Positions 57,048 to 64,000 of a stretch of 64,000 nucleotides of DNA are shown here, piece by piece. Source of the stretch: an uncultured Methanoregulaceae archaeon (GTDB lineage Archaea > Halobacteriota > Methanomicrobia > Methanomicrobiales > Methanospirillaceae); the NCBI GenBank assembly GCA_963717525.1, contig OY970343.1, forward strand, positions 1,056,001 through 1,120,000, given 5' to 3'. Below the pieces are notes generated by a model that was not told where the DNA came from, made no database searches, and saw nothing but the letters and a program-made list of their open reading frames with translations. A program made the translations under genes and the position numbers. The first letter of the stretch is position 1; every line of letters starts with the position of its first letter.

Positions 57048-57869
57048 GTGACAAATCAAAAAAACAGTAATATCAAATGGTCAATCTTGATCTTTTCAAG
57101 TGTTTTTTCGATTATTCTTACATTATTAATACCAAATCCCACAAGTATTGAGGTAAAAATAGCATCACTCTTTCTCTTTTTTGGTCTATGCCTACTTATT
57201 CTATTTGCAATTTGTTGGATTATCACTAAAGTGTATCCTCGAAGCATTTTTTGGGGAATTATTCCCTGGATTTTCGTGATTACAATTATCACTTTGTTCG
57301 GATTATTTGTGATCGGGACACTCACGAACCTATCCGGATCAATATTGGCACCAGAAAATTCAAACGATTCGTTCGTATCAAATCAAAATATCACATTCTC
57401 AAAATACGGTTTTTCTTTTGAGTATCCTAGTGATTTTGTACCTGTTGAAAAGGGATTTGCCGGTGATTCAAACGCAAACGAAAATAACGGCCAAATTCAA
57501 TTAACTGGCACAGAAGATAATATTACCCTCTCTTGGGATAAAACGAATCAGCGCGCCCCAGATATCAACACACTCTATTTGACGTTGTATGGAGCGTATA
57601 ATCAAAATTCGGATTTTAAAAATTTTCAAGTGTATAATCTCCAAACTTACACTTTAAAAATTTGCGGCGACCCCACTTTTATCGGGAGAACTAAATACAA
57701 CTATGGTGACAAGAATATCCCCACAAATGAGGGTGTGTTAATATGGAATCATCCCTCTCAAGATAGAATATATATGATCGATATTGCTTCTCCTGACGAT
57801 TATTATCCATCTATATACGATAATCTTGGAAGATATGCAGACTCTTTCAATTGTTCCGATTCGCAATGA
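57048..57869 (+). CDS. 3-TM protein with PsbP-like extracellular domain
   Basis: Three hydrophobic segments, then FSKYGFSFEYPSDF. Confidence 0.7.
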   Translation: MTNQKNSNIKWSILIFSSVFSIILTLLIPNPTSIEVKIASLFLFFGLCLLILFAICWIITKVYPRSIFWGIIPWIFVITIITLFGLFVIGTLTNLSGSILAPENSNDSFVSNQNITFSKYGFSFEYPSDFVPVEKGFAGDSNANENNGQIQLTGTEDNITLSWDKTNQRAPDINTLYLTLYGAYNQNSDFKNFQVYNLQTYTLKICGDPTFIGRTKYNYGDKNIPTNEGVLIWNHPSQDRIYMIDIASPDDYYPSIYDNLGRYADSFNCSDSQ

Positions 57870-57901
57870 CCTTATTGGGAGAGTTGCAATTTACTATTTT
57901 T

Positions 57902-57931
57902 CTGAATCTGTCAACAGTCCGGGTGCATCCA
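57902..57931 (-). repeat. decayed 3' end of the zinc-ribbon micro-gene
   Basis: tgg atg cac ccg gac tgt tga cag att cag = WMHPDC*QIQ. Confidence 0.7.
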
Positions 57932-58100
57932 TTATCTGACAGATTCCATAATCCCCGGATAACAATATCGAAAACAATATCGTATCACGATATAATTAGG
58001 CAGATATGCAGAGATGCGTAATCCGAGAGGATAAGCCGGTCGGAGAAATGCGAGGACGAGGAAATACCGGATTCAGTCAATTCATACGGAGGTTCATAAA

Positions 58101-58619
58101 ATGGCCGGAATGAAATTCTATCTGAAAGTATTTTTTGCGTGTTTCGTGATTTCAATTTTACTTTCCGAGGTTGTCATTAACCTTTTCTACACTGATCTGG
58201 CTCAATCGACTATTATTTTCTTGGATTTCCTAATGGCGATTATTTTAACTGGGTTGACGTATATTGCCGTTGACATTAATGAGAGAAGAAAAAATCCTTT
58301 GGGTTTTATTTTTCCGATGGAGTCTCTAAATGGATGCGGCACAACTCTCTACGTAGACACGGTTTATCTGACCCTAATATTTATTCCAATATTACCGCTT
58401 GGACGTTATTTGGTAGAGAAAACAGGTGAGACCAATAAAATTTTATCATGGGAAAAACAGTACAGGTTTCATCAAAAATTAAAATTACATTATTGGCAGA
58501 AAATATGGATTTATGCCGTTGTTACTATCGTTGGATATTTCATTATTGGTTATTGGTGTTTAATCCTCGTTCCGATATGTTTCATTTATCTTAAACTCAC
58601 TCATCAACCTATTTTTTAA
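58101..58619 (+). CDS. membrane protein (hypothetical)
   Basis: GGAGG ribosome-binding site; TM segments; NGCGTTLY..FIPILPLGRY motif. Confidence 0.7.
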   Translation: MAGMKFYLKVFFACFVISILLSEVVINLFYTDLAQSTIIFLDFLMAIILTGLTYIAVDINERRKNPLGFIFPMESLNGCGTTLYVDTVYLTLIFIPILPLGRYLVEKTGETNKILSWEKQYRFHQKLKLHYWQKIWIYAVVTIVGYFIIGYWCLILVPICFIYLKLTHQPIF

Positions 58620-58752
58620 TCGGAAACAAGAATCTAGGAGATGGTAGCCATCAGGCAAACTAATCCCGCATCATCAAGTACTATTCTTTTTTATAATGAT
58701 AAATATCATAAAAAATTAGTCATGGCTATTAAGACCTAAAGGGATTTTGAAC

Positions 58753-59253
58753 ATGAGAACCGGATATTACAATTTTAAAAACATCTTTTGGAAAGCAAAG
58801 AGAAATATTTTCTTTTTAACTGCAATTTGGGTAATATTTGTATTATTCGCTCTTCCCGTCCTTGAAACATCGTTTGCAACTATTATCGAACCTCTTGGAT
58901 TTATTTTCATTTTAATATCTCTAATACTCGGGTTTTATCTCGCATACAGGTTTGTGATGTGGATTGATAGAAAGTTACCCAACACCGAATTTGGGTTGTG
59001 GTCAAGACGTGGTATCGCGTCAATATTGATTCTAGGTGGTCTAGGATTTGCATTCCTATGGATGTTTTCTTTTTCAATGACGATGGCACTCTCCCCAATC
59101 GGCACAACCTCTAAAATATTCATTTCAATTTCTTCATTGAGCGCACTAATCGTTTGTTTCTGTATTGGTCTGGCAGTATTTGCAGGATATATGGAATTTA
59201 CGTTTGAACGAAGGGCCGGAATTATTGTATTTCAAGGAAGGCAGAGATTTTGA
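58753..59253 (+). CDS. 4-TM hypothetical protein
   Basis: Four hydrophobic segments. Confidence 0.7.
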   Translation: MRTGYYNFKNIFWKAKRNIFFLTAIWVIFVLFALPVLETSFATIIEPLGFIFILISLILGFYLAYRFVMWIDRKLPNTEFGLWSRRGIASILILGGLGFAFLWMFSFSMTMALSPIGTTSKIFISISSLSALIVCFCIGLAVFAGYMEFTFERRAGIIVFQGRQRF

Positions 59254-59257
59254 TAAA

Positions 59258-59800
59258 ATGACTGAAAACTTAATGACACGTGGATCTATTATTGCTCTTA
59301 TTTTGCTTACGATGATTGCCTTAATAACCGCCGGATGCACAACAACTCAAAGTTCTTCAACTAGCACAGCTTCCGCATCTGAAACTTTTTCTTCATCAGA
59401 CCCAAGTGCACCAGCATCATATGCCGAAAAATATTGTCTAGATGTCGTTAGTACGAATGTTGGCAAAATACAATACTCCCCCAGTGGGAAGGCATACTAC
59501 CCGATAATTTCCATATCTGCCGCGATTAAAAGTAATTGCAACTACCCTGTACAGGGAACTGTACAACTATGGGCCTACGACGAAAATAATAATCTCATAA
59601 AAAGTGCATGGCCAAGTGGGGTTCAGGATGCCCAGGCAATTTACATAAAACCCGGTGAAACAAAAAGTTTTTCCAGTTCCTTTGATATTAGGAGTATTCC
59701 AGATAATCCTAGAGATTCCAATCCTAATCCAACTGCCACTTTCAAAGTTACTGCATTTGTTACAAGAATAGTTAGTGCACGTGAAGCAGCAGGATGGTAA
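59258..59800 (+). CDS. putative lipoprotein
   Basis: ITAGC lipobox, Ser/Thr linker, beta-rich domain. Confidence 0.72.
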   Translation: MTENLMTRGSIIALILLTMIALITAGCTTTQSSSTSTASASETFSSSDPSAPASYAEKYCLDVVSTNVGKIQYSPSGKAYYPIISISAAIKSNCNYPVQGTVQLWAYDENNNLIKSAWPSGVQDAQAIYIKPGETKSFSSSFDIRSIPDNPRDSNPNPTATFKVTAFVTRIVSAREAAGW

Positions 59801-59862
59801 AAATCTCCTGAAACTATCTTTAGATAAACATTTACACTCCGAAGGATCGTTGATACGGGGGA

Positions 59863-59901
59863 TCAATTCTTCACAAACTACCCACAATCGGGGTAGGCCC
59901 A
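59863..59901 (-). repeat. decayed 3' end of the zinc-ribbon micro-gene
   Basis: WAYPDCG*FVKN*; shares CCCACAATCGGGG with 60367-60379 and the downstream GATCCCCCG motif. Confidence 0.75.
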
Positions 59902-59958
59902 CCTCGCCAAAATATCAAATAAAAGGATATATCCTCAATCAAATAAAAAGGGGAATTT

Positions 59959-60300
59959 ATGGTATCTATATTCGATATAATTTTAATTAAATTTTTGGAG
60001 GGTGCAACCAATCCATTAATGATAATGGGAGCAATCATTCAACTTTTGGAGGTAGTGGTGGTTCTAGGTGTGATCTTTTCAGTAATATTCAAAAAATATT
60101 CATTTTTAGGTTACCCATTAAAAGATTGGCCCGGGTGGGGAATCCTTGCAGCAGTTGTTTTTGTATTAATAGAAATCTTAATGATAATACGAGGTAACGA
60201 ACCACTATCTTTTGTAGGATCTATCGCAGTAGCAATGATACTACTAGTATTGGCAAATAAAATTTTTAAACTTTTGAAGAGACAGAAAAACTCGGCTTAA
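59959..60300 (+). CDS. small 3-TM hypothetical protein
   Basis: 113-aa hydrophobic ORF. Confidence 0.7.
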   Translation: MVSIFDIILIKFLEGATNPLMIMGAIIQLLEVVVVLGVIFSVIFKKYSFLGYPLKDWPGWGILAAVVFVLIEILMIIRGNEPLSFVGSIAVAMILLVLANKIFKLLKRQKNSA

Positions 60301-60348
60301 ATTTTTATCTTAACTGAGTGAATTAATCGCATGCGGGGGATCGCTTCT

Positions 60349-60516
60349 TCAATCCCGCTGCACCTGCCCACAATCGGGGCACATCCAGGCACAACCCACG
60401 AACTTCTTTTTCTTTTCTCCGGTTGAGGGGTTCTGAATTTCCTCTCGCTTGTACAGTCTTTGCATTTTGACTGTGCGATCTGTGTGCGTACAAATCTTGT
60501 GTTTTATGTCAGGCAT
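60349..60516 (-). CDS. 55-aa zinc-ribbon micro-protein (below the ORF-track cutoff)
   Basis: MPDIKHKICTHTDRTVKMQRLYKREEIQNPSTGEKKKKFVGCAWMCPDCGQVQRD*; CxH...CPDC; TATA box about 25 bp upstream. Confidence 0.8.
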   Translation of the reverse strand: MPDIKHKICTHTDRTVKMQRLYKREEIQNPSTGEKKKKFVGCAWMCPDCGQVQRD

Positions 60517-60550
60517 AAAGATGTATACATCTTTTAAGTATAAAAACCTT
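60517..60550 (-). promoter_or_regulatory. BRE/TATA promoter with perfect 18-bp palindrome (putative operator)
   Basis: Minus strand AAGGTTTTTATACTT, then AAAGATGTATACATCTTT (60517-60534) directly abutting the ATG. Confidence 0.7.
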
Positions 60551-60659
60551 TTTACGGGCCCGGATTTTGCCTTTTTTTGTGTTCATGGAGTCTTTTTATC
60601 AAAAAAGGAAATTGATATCCGGTTTGCGCGCGTTCTTTTAGAAATTCTCCATTAATGGA

Positions 60660-60863
60660 GTGTTTCTTTAAAAAATCGATACCGTTCATGCCCGGCATCT
60701 GGAAATCGGAGATGATCGCGTCATACCCTCGTTCCCTGAGCATACCGATCGCCTTTTTGGCAGAGGCCTCGGTGTCTACACTGAACTCACCGCTGTGCTC
60801 CAGGTAGATCTTGGCCAAGTCTAAAAGAGCAGGTTCATCATCAACGTAAAGAACAGATATCAG
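60660..60863 (-). pseudogene. truncated response-regulator receiver domain
   Basis: (CTG)ISVLYVDDEPALLDLAK...YDAIISDFQMPGMNGIDFLKK, then homology ends; no ATG. Confidence 0.75.
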
Positions 60864-61251
60864 AAAAAGTCACTCCGGATAAAATGAGAAATGGACACCC
60901 CTCAGTAAGAATTCCTTTAGGATGATATCCGTAATAGGTTTATGCCTGCTGGTCCGTTAGAAATACCGCCGTCAAGCAAGAGGGATAGGGCGTTTACCGT
61001 CTCGTTGTCTGGTAGAATCTCTACATGGGTTGATGAAAAAGGCTGAATCTGCGTCTAAATAAAACCTTACCATTTGCTAGAATATCACCCTATGAGGTTC
61101 TGCTGCATTAACGGGACGTAAAGAAAAGGGCTTTGTCGTAATCGGTATCAGTACAGTAACTAAAAAGTCACGATAGCGCACCAGAATGCGTATATATCAT
61201 TTTTAATATAAATAAAAACAACCATTGAAAAAAATATTGAGATGACATTGC

Positions 61252-61626
61252 GTGAGAACAGAGACTGTAATGTATTTCACAGAGAAAGAGGAAGAATTTG
61301 CCAATCTTCTCATCGAGACAGGAACAAAGAAGAACGTGGCGAAGGTGCTGGTATTTTTAGCAAACATTCCTGAAGCGACATCCCGTGCGATCGAGCGTGG
61401 GACAGATCTGCGCCAGCCCGAAGTAAGTATCGCCATGCACTACCTGACGGATCAGGGCTGGATCACGAGTAGGGAGAGTACAGCCGAGAGCAAAGGACGC
61501 CCGGTCAAGATCTATGAGTTGGCAAAGCCTATCACGGATATTATGGACAGTATCGAGAAAGAGAATAAAGAAAAAGCCGCTAATCAGCTCAGACTCATCA
61601 AGAAATTAAAAGATTATCTTCACTAA
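61252..61626 (+). CDS. archaeal wHTH transcriptional regulator
   Basis: ATSRAIERGTDLRQPEVSIAM...KGRPVKIYEL. Confidence 0.85.
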   Translation: MRTETVMYFTEKEEEFANLLIETGTKKNVAKVLVFLANIPEATSRAIERGTDLRQPEVSIAMHYLTDQGWITSRESTAESKGRPVKIYELAKPITDIMDSIEKENKEKAANQLRLIKKLKDYLH

Positions 61627-61953
61627 TCCTCTCCCAAAAGATCTCGGTTTTGGTTATTTTTTCCTGACCCTTATTTTTTCGCTTAATTGCTATTAAAGGA
61701 ACGAGGTAAAATACAAAATTCAAGGGTTTTCGGTTCCGGAAAATCGTAGTGAGAAAACCGGGGAGGAATCGATAGAATATTGCCCTAATGAAGAACTACC
61801 TGAAAAATGCTTTCTCAACTACCGCAAGGAGATCATGTTCCAGATACGGTTTGTTAAGAAAGTCAGAGGCTGAAATACTCTTTGCCTCATCAATTTTTTC
61901 TTTATTTAGATATGCGGTGAGGAATATGATGAGACCATCGTAACAATGGCGGA

Positions 61954-62559
61954 TTAGTCGGGCTGCCTCGATTCCATTAACGACGCCCCAAGGGCAAATC
62001 CCTTTGCATAGGCATTATTGAGGAGATCCGGCCGCGTCGTTATGTCTTTGATCTGATCCATACCGCTGATGAGGAGTTCGTCATGGTATGGGCTGTCAAT
62101 AATGTCAAAAAATGCCTTTGTCGTCTGTTTTGCTCCATTGAACACCCCGGGGATATCCATCCCGGAAATGCTGATGAAGAGGCTCTTTCTTCTCTTTTTC
62201 AGATCCGGAGAGACAAGCGGTTCGTTCCGGAAGTATTTGGCCATATAAAAGACCTGGAACCGGTCGATGAACGATTTGAGATGCCCCGGGATACCCATTG
62301 TCATGATAGGTGTGGCGAGGATCAGGCTGTCCAGTGCCGCAACCTTCGGATAGATCGGGATCATATCATCATTTAAGATGCAGGTGTTATGATCCTTGCA
62401 ATAATAAATCTCCTGACAGCTCTGGATATCTAGAGTAATTACATCGATAAGCTCGACTTCACAACCAGCTGCCTTTGCTCCCTCAAGGGCCTTATCGAGC
62501 AACAGAGCTGTATTGCCGTCAGGAAGCGGGCTCCCTAGAATCCCGATTATCTTTAGCAT
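61954..62559 (-). CDS. flavodoxin / iron-sulfur flavoprotein family
   Basis: GILGSP..GNT, ATPI, LKSFIDR. Confidence 0.85.
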   Translation of the reverse strand: MLKIIGILGSPLPDGNTALLLDKALEGAKAAGCEVELIDVITLDIQSCQEIYYCKDHNTCILNDDMIPIYPKVAALDSLILATPIMTMGIPGHLKSFIDRFQVFYMAKYFRNEPLVSPDLKKRRKSLFISISGMDIPGVFNGAKQTTKAFFDIIDSPYHDELLISGMDQIKDITTRPDLLNNAYAKGFALGASLMESRQPD

Positions 62560-62762
62560 ACGGAAGTTTAAGAGGAGAAACGGGAATTATAGGTTTGTAT
62601 AGGTACGATACCACATATTGGCCAGCCATTCCACGATTGGGGGAAATCAGGGTTCCGGGTCTGCAATCGGTTTTTCACCTCGGCATAATATCGATCAACC
62701 GCCAACGCAACAGAACCTCTCTTACAGATAACTTTTTGAAGAAGATCTCTATTATTTTATTT

Positions 62763-63626
62763 ATGGTTGAACCAATAATATTGAAAAGGCTAGTATTTAT
62801 CAAATATCTTTATACAGTTGCCATTCAACAATCTCAACAGCCAGAACCGCTTTCTTCAGCATCAATATTGACTTTTCATGACAGTATTGAATTATTTTTA
62901 GAATTAGCATCAGAAGTTAATGGAGTTAGTAAGACCAACATTCACTTTCTTGAATATTGGGAATTATTAAAATCTAAATTGCCGAATGAAGGGCTCACGC
63001 AAAAAATGTCGATGAGAAGACTGAATAATGCGAGAGTTTCATTAAAACATCATGGAACATTACCCTCAAAATTAAATATTGAAGGATTTAGAGTAAATTC
63101 AACAAATTTTTTTCAGGAAAATACCCCAATAGTATTTGGAATTAATTTTGATAAATTATCATTCTCGGAATTAATTAAAGATAAAAAATTACAAAAGCTG
63201 GCGATACGTGCTGAAAATGCATGTGAAAAGGGAAATTTTACACTTTGTTTGAAATTGTGCGATAAAATCATAGCTGAAGCAGTTTTTAACGTAGGTGATA
63301 TTTTTACTAAAGCCGGAATGTTGACTATTTATTTGGGAGGTTCTAAAGAATTTAAAGCGGTTATTGGGAGGGAATATCCGAACAAATATAAAGGAGAAAA
63401 GTTTCACAAACCTTTAAAAGAGATAAGCCGAGCAATTCTTCAATTGGGAATGTCTTCAACGGGAATGCAATTTTTAGGCGAATATAGAATGGATTTTTTG
63501 AAATTTAGACAAAAATTTGAAAAATTAGATAAATTGAGCGATATAGAGATTGAAGAAGCAGCCAAAATGTCTTTAAATTTTGTTACTAATCTCATTTTAA
63601 AATGGCAAGGAGATGGAATCTTATAA
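62763..63626 (+). CDS. HEPN-like hypothetical protein
   Basis: ILTFHDSIELFL and LNNARVSLKHHG (Rx4H); AT-rich. Confidence 0.6.
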   Translation: MVEPIILKRLVFIKYLYTVAIQQSQQPEPLSSASILTFHDSIELFLELASEVNGVSKTNIHFLEYWELLKSKLPNEGLTQKMSMRRLNNARVSLKHHGTLPSKLNIEGFRVNSTNFFQENTPIVFGINFDKLSFSELIKDKKLQKLAIRAENACEKGNFTLCLKLCDKIIAEAVFNVGDIFTKAGMLTIYLGGSKEFKAVIGREYPNKYKGEKFHKPLKEISRAILQLGMSSTGMQFLGEYRMDFLKFRQKFEKLDKLSDIEIEEAAKMSLNFVTNLILKWQGDGIL

Positions 63627-64000
63627 AAGTTTAAAAAAAAGATTGGTGATCTCTCGTTTGCTATAGGACTAATATGGCTCCGAGGAATCCGATAATCATC
63701 GTTCTTGATAAGGCGGGTGACGGAAACTCCGTAACTGAATTACTTCCTACCTGAATTACTACGATTTTTGTTTTATTTGCATCAAAGGGTAAGGGGACAC
63801 CGTATCTTAGCTCTTTCGGTACGCAATTATTTATCCAGAGAGATCTATGTTGACTTTATGGAGTCAGTATTCGTTCCACCAACAGACCAAACGACACGAG
63901 AAACGATCATTACCAATACTAAACCCAATTCTTTAACGAGAAAAATAAGATTGGCATTATTTGAGTTGGGAGTTGGTAGAGGTGTTAAGGGGTTCCCATA

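Noticed and set aside
56155..59880. Pyrrolysine read-through of the TAG codons in the remnants at 56155 and 59878
   Set aside because: The remnants lack starts and carry other inactivating changes; TAG is simply explained by a C->T change in a Gln codon, and no pyl genes occur in the window.
45371..60550. Canonical integron (IntI plus attC sites)
   Set aside because: The integrase looks like a generic archaeal tyrosine recombinase, with no IntI-specific features that I could recognise. I could not identify RYYYAAC...GTTRRRY attC palindromes in the spacers.
62601..62630. Possible remnant WL-PICGIV on the minus strand
   Set aside because: Requires a frameshift and lies outside the array; could be chance.
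1..64000. CRISPR array, tRNA or rRNA genes
   Set aside because: No regularly spaced identical repeats and no cloverleaf or rRNA-like sequence recognised by eye; tRNAscan was not run.

Overview
Chromosomal segment of a methanogenic archaeon, probably Methanomicrobiales (Methanoregula-like). This is inferred from pscS, methanogenesis markers 2 and 4/MtxX, an archaeal histone, archaeal Mat and rfcL. Positions ~1-43,100 are mostly GC-richer core genome: a homospermidine synthase plus ornithine decarboxylase pair, pscS, a GT39 glycosyltransferase, thiI, an RND exporter with three COG1361 S-layer-type genes, mat-hisG-hisA-hisB, histone, rfcL and uvrA. This part also holds one complete IS481-family element with a 6-bp target duplication. 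After uvrA comes a mostly AT-richer accessory region with two HEPN-like genes, a tyrosine integrase, a wHTH gene, a PAS histidine kinase and many small unrelated membrane, lipoprotein or orphan genes. The best candidate for an undescribed system lies at 53.7-60.5 kb. An intact 55-aa zinc-ribbon micro-gene missing from the ORF track (60349-60516, minus strand, with a perfect 18-bp palindrome between TATA box and ATG) has at least five decayed copies of its 3' end (W-x-C-P-D/N-C-G-Q-I-Q) in the spacers between cargo genes. Most copies sit tail-to-tail with a cargo gene, giving a cassette-array-like architecture. Many single-base frameshifts, including in housekeeping genes, are most likely sequencing or assembly errors. 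All family assignments come from motif recognition, not database searches.
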